A DNA stretch of 64,000 bases from Clostridia bacterium (GTDB lineage Bacteria > Bacillota > Clostridia > Christensenellales > CAG-917). The stretch's first letter is position 1; the number at the start of each line of letters is the position of its first letter. Made by a program: the position numbers and the translations under genes. Below are positions 42,545 to 51,204 of the stretch, one piece after another. The stretch is taken from NCBI GenBank assembly GCA_036654095.1, contig JAVVSR010000001.1, positions 159,987 to 223,986 on the forward strand, given 5' to 3'. The notes below the pieces were generated by a model. That model ran no database searches and was not told where the DNA came from. It worked only from the letters and a program-made list of their open reading frames with translations.

Positions 42545-43856
42545 AACGAAAGTCGGCGTAGTTAGTTTGGGTTGTGATAAAAACCGCGTTGACACCGAAA
42601 ACATGCTTTACATACTTGCAAATAGCGGTTACGAAATTACAAATGATGTTTCGGACGCCGATGTTATTGTTATAAATACGTGCGCCTTTATTGAAAGTAG
42701 CAAAAAAGAGGCTATTTCTACAATATTGGAATTTACGTCAATTAAAAATGAACGCAATATTAAAATAATTGTTACGGGATGTTTATCCGTTCGCTATAAA
42801 GATGAACTATTTGTAGGCTTCCCCGAAGTTGACGCTTTTTTGGGTTTTCAAGACTATGCCAGATTGCCCGAAGTTTTAGATAGAGTGTTTAACGGCGAAC
42901 GTGTCATTTTAATTGAGGGCAAAGATATGCCCACTTCAAAACGCATTTTAAGCACTCCGTTTCATACTGCGTATCTTAAAATTGCCGATGGCTGCGACAA
43001 TCGTTGTACTTATTGCGCCATTCCATATATTAGAGGCAAATATCGTTCACGCGAAATTGATGGCTTGGTTGATGAAACTCGTGAACTTATTTCAGAATAC
43101 GGAATTAAAGAAGTCAATTTAGTCGCCCAAGACATCACTCGATATGGCATTGATATTTATAATGAATATTCATTATTAAAGTTATTGGATAAACTTTCTG
43201 CGCTTGACATTAATTGGATAAGGTTGTTATATTGCTATCCTGAACTTATTAATGATGATTTAATTAAATATGTTTCGCAAAATGAAAAAGTTTGCAAATA
43301 TCTTGACATACCTTTGCAACATATAAGTGATAGAATATTAAAAATGATGAACCGCAGGATTGATGGCGACAGCGTTAGAAAACTTATTGACAAAATTCGT
43401 AATATAGATGATAGGATTGCATTAAGAAGTTCATTTATTGTTGGTTTTCCTACCGAAACCGAAACTGACTTTTATGAATTATGTGACTTTATTTCAAACT
43501 ATAAGCTTGATTATGCCGGGTTTTTTGCTTATAGCAAAGAAGAAGGTACGCCTGCGGCTAAAATCAAGGGTCAACTTTCACAAAAAATTAAAACCGCGCG
43601 ACAAAAAGAAATTCGGTCAATACAATCTGATGTGATTTTTGAAAACAACAATAAATATATTGGAAAAACTTTAAAAGTACTGTACGAAGGTATAGATTAT
43701 AATAAAAAAATGTTCTATGGTCGTCCTGAATTTTGCGCTCCTGAAATTGACAGCAAGGTTTTATTTAAATCAAATAATCTTGTCGAAATCGGAAACTTCT
43801 ATGACGTTAAAATTACAAAACGCGATGCCTATGACATTATTGGAGAAACAAAATGA
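42534..43856 (+). CDS. rimO: Ribosomal protein S12 methylthiotransferase RimO
   Basis: 440 aa. UPF0004 N-domain (VSLGCDKN), radical SAM Cx3Cx2C (CDNRCTYC) and a C-terminal TRAM domain. The ftsK-rimO-pgsA order is common in Clostridia. Confidence 0.8.
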   Translation: MNCKTKVGVVSLGCDKNRVDTENMLYILANSGYEITNDVSDADVIVINTCAFIESSKKEAISTILEFTSIKNERNIKIIVTGCLSVRYKDELFVGFPEVDAFLGFQDYARLPEVLDRVFNGERVILIEGKDMPTSKRILSTPFHTAYLKIADGCDNRCTYCAIPYIRGKYRSREIDGLVDETRELISEYGIKEVNLVAQDITRYGIDIYNEYSLLKLLDKLSALDINWIRLLYCYPELINDDLIKYVSQNEKVCKYLDIPLQHISDRILKMMNRRIDGDSVRKLIDKIRNIDDRIALRSSFIVGFPTETETDFYELCDFISNYKLDYAGFFAYSKEEGTPAAKIKGQLSQKIKTARQKEIRSIQSDVIFENNNKYIGKTLKVLYEGIDYNKKMFYGRPEFCAPEIDSKVLFKSNNLVEIGNFYDVKITKRDAYDIIGETK

Positions 43857-44482
43857 ATTTACCTAACAAAATTACCTTAGCTCGAATTTTTTTAATTCCA
43901 CTTGTTGTGGTGGTATATTTATTGCCAGCAAAATTTGATTTTGTAGGCAGTGATATTGTTGCTTGCGCGCTGTTTGTACTTTGCTGTTGCACTGATTTTA
44001 TCGACGGAAGCATTGCAAGGAAGCGGAATATGGTTACTGACTTGGGCAAGTTTTTAGACCCAATAGCCGATAAAGTTATTGTTGTTGTTATGCTTTTTAT
44101 TTTTGTTGGCGACCAAACTTTGGCAAATCCCTGGGGCGCAATCGTTGCGGGCATAATTATGAGTAGGGAATTGATTATTGGCGCGTTTCGTACAATCGCT
44201 GTACAAAAAAAAGTTGTCATTGCTGCTGATGGTTGGGGCAAAATTAAAACAATTTTCTTAGATGTGGGTTTATCCGCATTGTTTTTAGATGGCATTTTGT
44301 TTGGTAATTGCGCATTCTTTATGTACTTAGGTAAAATCACATTTTACATAGGCGCAGCATTAGCGTTATATTCTGGCATTAATTATGTTTTAAAAAATAA
44401 AGCAGTTTTAATGACTGCGCCAGTTGCAAACGACGTTTCGCAAACGACGGAAACTCCTTCGTCAAGCCAAAATAAAGATTAG
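43853..44482 (+). CDS. pgsA: CDP-diacylglycerol--glycerol-3-phosphate 3-phosphatidyltransferase
   Basis: 209 aa. The CDP-alcohol phosphatidyltransferase motif DGSIARKRNMVTDLGKFLDPIAD (DGx2ARx8Gx3Dx3D) is read directly. Confidence 0.9.
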   Translation: MNLPNKITLARIFLIPLVVVVYLLPAKFDFVGSDIVACALFVLCCCTDFIDGSIARKRNMVTDLGKFLDPIADKVIVVVMLFIFVGDQTLANPWGAIVAGIIMSRELIIGAFRTIAVQKKVVIAADGWGKIKTIFLDVGLSALFLDGILFGNCAFFMYLGKITFYIGAALALYSGINYVLKNKAVLMTAPVANDVSQTTETPSSSQNKD

Positions 44483-44624
44483 CAATAAAAGTTTTTTATT
44501 TGCTAAATTTAAAGCAATTTTATAGCAACCAACGCGCTATCTTTCGTTAGCATATTTATTAATTTAATCTTGTTTAGTAAGTAATATTTTTCAAGTAAAT
44601 TATTTTGTGTATTTAAGGTATTTT

Positions 44625-45335
44625 ATGATAAAATATAATAGGCTTATAGCTCGAATGTTTGGCCTTAGTAAATCTGAAATTGAAGAAAAATTAGCTCGCG
44701 CTAATTTCGATGTTAAACGGTTTGAAATTGATGAAGAATGTTTAGATGCGTCACTTAGTATATTGCAAGATGGCCCAATAGAGAAAGGCATTATTGACAT
44801 TTGTCAAAAAGCATACAAGTTGTTTTCGGCGCAGGCCTATACTTTAAATCAAAATACGCCACTTGAAGAAGTTGTTGTCGACTTATTGAAAAAAAATAAT
44901 TATGTTTTGTCTGTCGCAGAGAGTATTACTGGAGGGTTGGTCGCAGCTACACTTATAAATGTTTCAGGAATTTCGGAAAACTTTTATGAGGGGATTGTCG
45001 CCTATGATAATACTGCTAAAATTAATCGCTTGCAAGTAAATATCGATACAATTTTAAATTACAACGTTGTTTCTGAGGAAATCGCAAGCGAAATGGCAAA
45101 CGGCTTGCTTAAAGAAGGAAATATTGATATTGCAATTTCAACAACAGGCATTGCAGGGCCTACTGGCGGACACGAACAGTTTCCTGTCGGGCTAGTTTGT
45201 TTTGGCCTTGCGGCTAAACAAAAAACTTTTACAACGAAACAAATTTTTAGCGGAACTCGCAACGAAATACGAAAAAAGGCTGCTAATTATGCTATTTTTT
45301 ACTTATTTTTGTATTTATCGGGCAAGCTAAAATGA
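44625..45335 (+). CDS. cinA: CinA-family protein with the C-terminal PncC (NMN amidohydrolase) domain only
   Basis: SVAESITGGLVAATL...STTGIAGPTGG is the CinA C-terminal signature. ATG 44625 after AAGG is the likely start. No MoCF-type N-terminal domain is present. Confidence 0.8.
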   Translation: MIKYNRLIARMFGLSKSEIEEKLARANFDVKRFEIDEECLDASLSILQDGPIEKGIIDICQKAYKLFSAQAYTLNQNTPLEEVVVDLLKKNNYVLSVAESITGGLVAATLINVSGISENFYEGIVAYDNTAKINRLQVNIDTILNYNVVSEEIASEMANGLLKEGNIDIAISTTGIAGPTGGHEQFPVGLVCFGLAAKQKTFTTKQIFSGTRNEIRKKAANYAIFYLFLYLSGKLK

Positions 45336-45359
45336 TGGATAAATATTGAGGAGATTATT

Positions 45360-46349
45360 ATGGCAGAAGCAAAAGATACGGTTAAAACCCTTGAACAAGC
45401 TTTACAAAAAATTGAAAAACAGTTTGGCAAGGGCGCAATTATGAAATTTGGAGACGGGGAAATATTGCAAGTTGAAGCAATTCCTACTGGGTGTTTGACA
45501 CTTGATATGGCTTTAGGGATAGGCGGTATTCCGCGCGGTCGTATTATTGAAATTTTCGGGCCAGAGTCATCGGGCAAAACAACCGTTGCGCTGCATATTA
45601 TTGCCGAAACACAGGCAACAGGTGGCACGGCTGCTTTTATTGACGCAGAACACGCTCTCGACCCTTATTACGCGCAAAACCTAGGTGTTGTAATTAACGA
45701 GTTGTATATATCACAGCCTGACAACGGCGAACAGGCTTTGGATATTGTTGAAACATTAGTTAGAAGCAATTCGATTGATTTGATTGTTGTCGACAGTGTC
45801 GCAGCGCTTACTCCACAGGCTGAAATTGATGGCGAAATGGGCGATAGCCACATGGGTCTACAAGCTAGACTTATGAGCCAAGCTCTAAGAAAACTTGCTG
45901 CAATTTGCAATAAAAGTAAGTGCAGTATTGTGTTTATTAATCAACTTCGTGAAAAGGTTGGCGTTGTTTATGGTAGTCCTGAGGTTACGCCCGGTGGCAA
46001 GGCTTTGAAATTTTACTCAAGTGTCCGTATCGACATTAGAAAAGCTGATACAATTAAAGATGGCGCAGATGTTGTTGGAAACAGAACAAAGGCTCGTATT
46101 GTCAAAAATAAAGTCGCTCCTCCTTTTAAAGTTGCCGAATTTGACATACTTTTTGGAAAAGGTATATCGAAAATTGGCTGTATTCTTGATGTCGCTATTG
46201 AAAACAATATTATTCAAAAAAGCGGAAGTTGGTTTGCATATAATGATGAAAAAATTGGTCAAGGTCGCGAAAAAGCTATTGATTTTCTTAATATCCATCC
46301 CGAAATCGCAACCAGTATTGTTGCTACAATTAAGGCAATTAAAAAATAG
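45360..46349 (+). CDS. recA: Recombinase RecA
   Basis: 329 aa. KQFGKGAIM, the Walker [20 protein letters not shown] and FINQLREK support the call. GAGGAG is upstream. Confidence 0.97.
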   Translation: MAEAKDTVKTLEQALQKIEKQFGKGAIMKFGDGEILQVEAIPTGCLTLDMALGIGGIPRGRIIEIFGPESSGKTTVALHIIAETQATGGTAAFIDAEHALDPYYAQNLGVVINELYISQPDNGEQALDIVETLVRSNSIDLIVVDSVAALTPQAEIDGEMGDSHMGLQARLMSQALRKLAAICNKSKCSIVFINQLREKVGVVYGSPEVTPGGKALKFYSSVRIDIRKADTIKDGADVVGNRTKARIVKNKVAPPFKVAEFDILFGKGISKIGCILDVAIENNIIQKSGSWFAYNDEKIGQGREKAIDFLNIHPEIATSIVATIKAIKK

Positions 46350-46599
46350 TAATTTTTTGTTTTAAATTTATAAAATATTTAATAATTATTGCATAGTTTT
46401 GAGCAGTTTAGCGCTTAAAACTAGCTTTAATAGCTATATCTAAATTTAAAATTATCTTAAGTTCTACATATTTTTTGACGGTTAGCATAATATTTTTGCG
46501 TATTTTGTAATTATTTTAAGCGTTTTCTCGCTTAAATGAAAATATATTTATTTAAAGTTGCTAAAGTATATTTTTTTTATACAAAATTTTTACATCGTC

Positions 46600-46628
46600 T
46601 TGACATTTGTGCAACTTTATTGTATAAT
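46600..46628 (+). promoter_or_regulatory. Consensus sigma-A promoter upstream of rny
   Basis: TTGACA (46600-46605), a 17-nt spacer, then TATAAT (46623-46628). Both hexamers are perfect. Confidence 0.65.
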
Positions 46629-46713
46629 TTTTATAATTAAAGTCGCTGTTTATCACTATGCGAACGTGATAAACTACTAGCGGTTTTATCAATATATAGG
46701 AGGTTTAAACCAC

Positions 46714-48306
46714 ATGACAAGCAATTTTGTGTATCTGCTTGCAGTGTCGGTCGGCGGAACTATCGGTATCGCGATTGGCGCGATTGCCGTTGGCGGAGTG
46801 ATTGGGTATTTAATTTACCGTCAATACTCCCTAAATAAAATTGGTTTGGCAAAAACTGAAGCTGCAAGGATTATCGAGGACGCTAATTTGGAGTCAAAAA
46901 CACTTCGTAAAGAAGCTCTTTTGGAAGCCAAAGAGGAACAACACAGGTTGCGAACCGAATTCGATAAGGAATCCAAAGAAAAGAAAGCTGAGTTTCAAAA
47001 ATCAGAGTTACGTCTTCAACAAAAGGAAAGTTATCTTGATAAAAAAGATGATACTCTTGAAAAAAAACAGGAGCAGTTAGAAACTCAGAAAAGTCAAATT
47101 GCTCAAAAAGAAATTGAATTACAAGGCATTGAAGATGAACTTAAAAATTCGCATTCCATTATGGAGCGCGAGCTAGAACGTGTATCGGGGTTGACAAAAG
47201 ACGAGGCGAAAGCGCAACTTGTTGAAAGCCTTTTAGATACGGCGAAAAAAGATGCCGCACAAGAAGCAAAAAATATTGAAGCTGAAGCGCGTGAAAATGC
47301 TGATAAAAAGGCGCAAAACATTGTTAGTTTAGCTATTCAACGTTGCGCTGCTGACCACGCTACTGAAACTACCGTATCGGTAGTAGCTCTGCCTAGTGAT
47401 GATATGAAGGGTAGAATTATTGGTAGGGTTGGCCGCAATATCCGCGCATTAGAAAGCGCAACTGGTGTTGATTTAATTATTGATGATACGCCTGATGTCG
47501 TTACTTTATCTGGTTTTGACCCAATTCGTCGCGAGGTTGCTCGTATTACACTTGAGAAACTTATCGCTGATGGACGTATTCATCCTGCGCGCATTGAGGA
47601 AATGGTCGATAAAGTTAGAAAAGAAGTTGACGCATCTATTAAAGAAGCTGGCGAAAATGCCGTCTTTGAATGTGGAATTTATGGTATTCATCCTGAGTTA
47701 ATTAAAATTTTAGGTAGGCTTAAATACCGTACAAGCTATGGCCAAAACTGCTTAAAACATTCGCTTGAGGTCGCTTTTTTAGCAGGTATGATGGCTAGTG
47801 AACTTGGCGCTGATTGTAAAATTGCTAAGCGGGCAGGTTTGTTGCACGATATCGGCAAAGCTGTTGACCATGAAATCGAAGGTACTCACGTGCAAATTGG
47901 TGTTGACCTTGCTAAAAAGTATAAAGAAAACAGCCAAATTATCCACGCAATCGCCGCGCACCACAATGATATTGAAGCCACTACCGTTGAGGCTGTATTA
48001 GTGCAAGCTGCTGACGCTATTTCAAGCGCAAGGCCGGGAGCGCGTCGCGAATCTCTTGAAAATTATGTTAAACGTATTGAAAAATTGGAAACCTTAGCAA
48101 ACTCGTTCGCAGGGGTTGAGCAATCATTTGCTATTCAGGCTGGGCGCGAAATCCGCGTTATGGTAAAACCTGAAGTCGTTGATGATAGCACTACCGTGTT
48201 TTTAGCAAAAGAAATCGCTAACAAATTAGAGGCCGAATTGGAATATCCAGGTCAAATTAAGGTCACTGTTGTTAGGGAAATTAGAAGCGTAGATTACGCT
48301 AAATAA
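46714..48306 (+). CDS. rny: Ribonuclease Y
   Basis: 530 aa. N-terminal TM helix, coiled-coil region, KH domain ([15 protein letters not shown]) and HD domain (LLHDIGKA). AGGAGG is upstream. Confidence 0.95.
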   Translation: MTSNFVYLLAVSVGGTIGIAIGAIAVGGVIGYLIYRQYSLNKIGLAKTEAARIIEDANLESKTLRKEALLEAKEEQHRLRTEFDKESKEKKAEFQKSELRLQQKESYLDKKDDTLEKKQEQLETQKSQIAQKEIELQGIEDELKNSHSIMERELERVSGLTKDEAKAQLVESLLDTAKKDAAQEAKNIEAEARENADKKAQNIVSLAIQRCAADHATETTVSVVALPSDDMKGRIIGRVGRNIRALESATGVDLIIDDTPDVVTLSGFDPIRREVARITLEKLIADGRIHPARIEEMVDKVRKEVDASIKEAGENAVFECGIYGIHPELIKILGRLKYRTSYGQNCLKHSLEVAFLAGMMASELGADCKIAKRAGLLHDIGKAVDHEIEGTHVQIGVDLAKKYKENSQIIHAIAAHHNDIEATTVEAVLVQAADAISSARPGARRESLENYVKRIEKLETLANSFAGVEQSFAIQAGREIRVMVKPEVVDDSTTVFLAKEIANKLEAELEYPGQIKVTVVREIRSVDYAK

Positions 48307-48330
48307 ATTTTATAAAACAAATTATTTTTT

Positions 48331-48357
48331 ATGCGCCAAATTATTGGCGCATTTTTT
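48331..48357 (+). terminator. Rho-independent terminator after rny
   Basis: ATGCGCCAA-ATTA-TTGGCGCAT followed by a T-run. Confidence 0.8.
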
Positions 48358-48698
48358 ATTGCCTTAAACATAAATAAAAAATATAATTTTAAGTATTTAT
48401 AATAGTTGTTATTGCGTTGTTAAAATCACTTAAAACACTTTGCACAGTTTTTTTAAATTAAAAATATAAATGGTTTACAATAAAATTTTTATTGTTTTAA
48501 ATTAAAAAATAAATTACAAAATTCGATTTTATACAATTTAATCACTTTTAATATAAGTATAGATTTAAAATAAATTGTAATTATATATCTGTCGCAATTT
48601 TTTAATAACTAGAATAGAATATATTAGTAAGTTGAATTAAAAAAATATTTGCTATAAAATTTATTCAAACTATTAAATTTATATTGAGGAGAAATACT

Positions 48699-49067
48699 AT
48701 GGCTGAAAATAATAAAGATAACGTTGTCGGTGAAGACCAAACCTGTCCAACTGTTGGATATCAATCAGCTTCAATCTGCGTACCTGTAACCGTAACACCG
48801 TTTGCAAAAACAGGGGCTACTAGCACTAAATGCTGCGGAATGCCTATTGTTATTTCAGGGCGAAATACTTGTGGCGGTGTTAAAAATGGTACTTGCTTTT
48901 TTACAATTAGCCAAGATATTTGCGTTGCTGTTCCTGTTGTATTCGGAGCGGTTGCCTCTGTCGGCGATACTTTTGTAAGTTGCAACGGCGCATCGTCTGA
49001 TGATATTTGTTCAAACTGTGAAAAAATAATTGAACCATTACCAAGTGTTCCAACTAATAATGTATAA
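48699..49067 (+). CDS. Uncharacterised cysteine-rich small protein A (10 Cys in 122 aa)
   Basis: GAGGAG at 48686-48691 followed by ATG at 48699. No signal peptide or TM helix. It shares the core FAKxGxxSTKCCGxPxV...NGxC...IxQxxC..xP with the next ORF. I do not recognise the family. Confidence 0.65.
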   Translation: MAENNKDNVVGEDQTCPTVGYQSASICVPVTVTPFAKTGATSTKCCGMPIVISGRNTCGGVKNGTCFFTISQDICVAVPVVFGAVASVGDTFVSCNGASSDDICSNCEKIIEPLPSVPTNNV

Positions 49068-49072
49068 ATATT

Positions 49073-49375
49073 ATGGAAAATCATTTGTCAAATTGTAATG
49101 ATGAAAATTCGACTTGCACAAGTATTTTTTCGCAATTTGAAGATGTAAGTGTTGCAATAAAACTAAATACTTTTGCAAAACTAGGCGATTTATCCACGAA
49201 ATGCTGCGGAGAACCAACAGTTTGTGTTAATTGTTGTAAAAGAACAAATGGTTTATGTGGCTATGAGATTGTTATTACGCAAACAGTTTGCACTAGAATA
49301 CCTATCGAGTATTGTACCTGCGCTGATATTTCGTCAACAACAGTAAACTGCGATGATTGCAATAACTGTAAATAA
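49073..49375 (+). CDS. Uncharacterised cysteine-rich small protein B (14 Cys in 100 aa), paralogue of protein A
   Basis: ATG lies 5 nt after the stop of protein A with no obvious SD, so coupling is possible. It aligns with A over about 65 residues (TFAKLGDLSTKCCGEPTV against PFAKTGATSTKCCGMPIV). Confidence 0.6.
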   Translation: MENHLSNCNDENSTCTSIFSQFEDVSVAIKLNTFAKLGDLSTKCCGEPTVCVNCCKRTNGLCGYEIVITQTVCTRIPIEYCTCADISSTTVNCDDCNNCK

Positions 49376-49564
49376 ATTCATTATTGAAGCTATGAACTTT
49401 TTAACTTTAGTATTGTAAATTATTTTAGTCGTAGTCATAAAATTAAAAATATTAATAAATAGTATTAAAAATTATTTATTTTTTATCATAATGAAAAAAT
49501 TACAATAGAAATATATCATTTGAAATAATAATGCTAATATTATATTAAACCGATAAATTGAATT

Positions 49565-49597
49565 AAAAAACCCTACTTAATCAAGTAGGGTTTTTTT
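49565..49597. terminator. Bidirectional terminator shared by the Cys-rich gene pair (+) and the tRNA operon (-)
   Basis: AAAAAA-CCCTACTT-AATC-AAGTAGGG-TTTTTTTT, abutting the 3' end of tRNA-Tyr. Confidence 0.8.
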
Positions 49598-49683
49598 TGG
49601 TGGGAAGAGGTGGATTCGAACCACCGAAAGCGAAGCTGGCAGATTTACAGTCTGCTCCCTTTAGCCACTCGGGAATCTTCCCC
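49598..49683 (-). tRNA. tRNA-Tyr (GUA), class II with a long variable arm, CCA encoded
   Basis: The reverse complement is GGGAAGATTCCCGAGTGGCTAAAGGGAGCAGACTGTAAATCTGC...GGTGGTTCGAATCCACCTCTTCCCACCA. The anticodon loop is CTGTAAA. Confidence 0.9.
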
Positions 49684-49687
49684 CAGA

Positions 49688-49762
49688 TGGAGCTGGTGGT
49701 CGGAGTCGAACCAACAACCTGCTGATTACAAATCAGCTGCTCTGCCATTGAGCCACACCAGC
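49688..49762 (-). tRNA. tRNA-Thr (UGU), CCA encoded
   Basis: The reverse complement is GCTGGTGTGGCTCAATGGCAGAGCAGCTGATTTGTAATCAGCAGGTTGTTGGTTCGACTCCGACCACCAGCTCCA. The anticodon loop is TTTGTAA. Confidence 0.9.
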
Positions 49763-49915
49763 ATATTAATAGACCAATGTAAAAGGGCGCACATATGGTC
49801 AAACTTTTAAAAAGTCACCGTTAAGTGACTGGAAACTCACCGAGGAGCTTTACGTAATAAACAATTAGGGCAAAATAAAACCCTCGCGTCTGTTCATCAC
49901 CTTTTAGCACCTTAA

Positions 49916-49991
49916 TGGTGCCTTGGGGCGGACTTGAACCACCGACACGGGGATTTTCAGTCCCCTGCTCTACCACCTGAGCTACCAAGGC
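49916..49991 (-). tRNA. tRNA-Phe (GAA), CCA encoded
   Basis: The reverse complement is GCCTTGGTAGCTCAGGTGGTAGAGCAGGGGACTGAAAATCCCCGTGTCGGTGGTTCAAGTCCGCCCCAAGGCACCA. Confidence 0.92.
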
Positions 49992-49996
49992 AAAAA

Positions 49997-50073
49997 TGGC
50001 GATCCGGAGGGGACTCGAACCCCTGACCTCTAGCGTGACAGGCTAGCGTTCTAACCAACTGAACTACCGGACC
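49997..50073 (-). tRNA. tRNA-Asp (GUC), CCA encoded
   Basis: The reverse complement is GGTCCGGTAGTTCAGTTGGTTAGAACGCTAGCCTGTCACGCTAGAGGTCAGGGGTTCGAGTCCCCTCCGGATCGCCA. Confidence 0.92.
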
Positions 50074-50092
50074 ACATTTTTTAATATTTTAT

Positions 50093-50169
50093 TGGTGGGC
50101 CTTCACGGACTTGAACCGCGGACCAATCGGTTATGAGCCGACCGCTCTGACCAACTGAGCTAAAGGCCC
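50093..50169 (-). tRNA. tRNA with CAU anticodon (Met, or Ile2 read via lysidine)
   Basis: The reverse complement is GGGCCTTTAGCTCAGTTGGTCAGAGCGGTCGGCTCATAACCGATTGGTCCGCGGTTCAAGTCCGTGAAGGCCCACCA. G1-C72 is paired, so it is not an initiator. It resembles Bacillus tRNA-Ile2 as I recall it. Confidence 0.85.
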
Positions 50170-50180
50170 TTGTTGCTTTT

Positions 50181-50257
50181 TGGTCGGGGTGAAGAGACTC
50201 GAACTCCCGACCTCATGGTCCCAAACCACGCGCGCTACCAATCTGCGCTACACCCCG
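50181..50257 (-). tRNA. tRNA-Pro (UGG), CCA encoded
   Basis: The reverse complement is CGGGGTGTAGCGCAGATTGGTAGCGCGCGTGGTTTGGGACCATGAGGTCGGGAGTTCGAGTCTCTTCACCCCGACCA. Confidence 0.92.
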
Positions 50258-50288
50258 ATGAACTAAGCACATCTTTAGCGACTTTTAA

Positions 50289-50317
50289 AGGATACAATAT
50301 TATTAAATAATTGTCAA
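50289..50317 (-). promoter_or_regulatory. Candidate promoter of the tRNA operon
   Basis: On the minus strand: TTGACA (50317-50312), a 17-nt spacer, then TATCCT (50294-50289), about 30 nt upstream of tRNA-Pro. Confidence 0.45.
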
Positions 50318-50459
50318 CTTTTTTTAACGATTTCTGAAAAAATTTTAATAAATGTTTAGTCATTATTCATTTAAAATAGACACTTTCGGCTATTATAGGA
50401 TATTTTTTTTGATTTTCAATGAGGTACGATGATATTAGCGCTAAATAGAGGATGAATAA

Positions 50460-50768
50460 ATGGAAATTAAACATAAATTAAATAATTTAACTTTACAAAT
50501 TACAATGGTTGGCGAACTTGATGAAGCTAGCGCAACAAAGGCGCGCTTTGATATTGATTCGCTTATTGAGAACAATCGAATTGCTGAAGTAATTTTTGAT
50601 TTTTCAGAAGTTGAGTTTATGGACAGTACTGGCATTGGCATATTGCTTGGACGATACAAAAAACTTTTACGAAAAAATGTTGAGATGTTTATTGTAAATA
50701 CGCGGCCTCAAGTTGATAAAGTTTTCAAAATGAGTGGTATTTACGAAATTATAAAAAAACTTGCGTGA
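50460..50768 (+). CDS. spoIIAA: Anti-sigma F factor antagonist SpoIIAA (STAS domain)
   Basis: 102 aa. The STAS fold with the phosphorylatable Ser motif (FMDSTGIG). It is the first gene of the spoIIA operon. Confidence 0.9.
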   Translation: MEIKHKLNNLTLQITMVGELDEASATKARFDIDSLIENNRIAEVIFDFSEVEFMDSTGIGILLGRYKKLLRKNVEMFIVNTRPQVDKVFKMSGIYEIIKKLA

Positions 50769-50775
50769 GGTATTT

Positions 50776-51204
50776 ATGAATAATTATATGGAGTTAAAAG
50801 TTTTAGCAAAATCGGAAAATGAATCATTTGCGCGCAGTACTGTTGGCGCATTTTGTGTTTCATTGTCGCCGAGTATTGAGGAACTTAATGATATCAAAAC
50901 GGCTGTATCGGAAGCCGTTACAAACAGTATTGTACACGGATATCAAAGTAAAGGCGAGGGCATAATCAAGCTGACTGCCGAAACAAATGAACACGAATTA
51001 ATAATTGTAGTTAGCGATAATGGCGTAGGTATTAAAAATATTAATGAAGCTATACAGCCGTTTTTCACTTCTCGACCCGAACAAGAACGCAGCGGAATGG
51101 GCTTTACAATTATGCAAACATTTATGGATGCATTGGAAGTTATTTCCGATAACGGTACGACCGTAATAATGAAAAAATTGATTAAAGGTGGTAAGGATGC
51201 TTGA
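50776..51204 (+). CDS. spoIIAB: Anti-sigma F factor SpoIIAB (serine kinase)
   Basis: About 142 aa. N-box ([11 protein letters not shown]) and G-boxes (DNGVGI, GMGFT) of a GHKL kinase. The start is set at ATG 50776 after GAGGT. Confidence 0.9.
   Translation: MNNYMELKVLAKSENESFARSTVGAFCVSLSPSIEELNDIKTAVSEAVTNSIVHGYQSKGEGIIKLTAETNEHELIIVVSDNGVGIKNINEAIQPFFTSRPEQERSGMGFTIMQTFMDALEVISDNGTTVIMKKLIKGGKDA

Noticed and set aside
43837-44340. 167-aa minus-strand ORF opposite pgsA
   Set aside because: The plus-strand frame carries the exact CDP-alcohol phosphatidyltransferase motif. The antisense ORF has no features.
48699-49375. The idea that the two Cys-rich proteins are additional substrates of the SCIFF radical SAM maturase, or classic RiPP precursors
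   Set aside because: They are 25 kb from scfB and have no adjacent modifying enzyme, protease or exporter. They are 100-122 aa long and lack the SCIFF motif. The idea is kept only as a remote alternative in the finding.
49376-49564. All-AT inverted repeat AATAAATA-N11-TATTTATT plus T-run downstream of the Cys-rich genes, as a terminator
   Set aside because: The stem has no G-C pairs and the sequence context is extremely AT-rich. The strong bidirectional terminator at 49565-49597 explains termination.
49581-49810. ORF-track ORFs at 49581-49802 (minus) and 49610-49810 (plus)
   Set aside because: They run through the tRNA-Tyr and tRNA-Thr genes, so they are artefacts of the GC-richer tRNA sequence.
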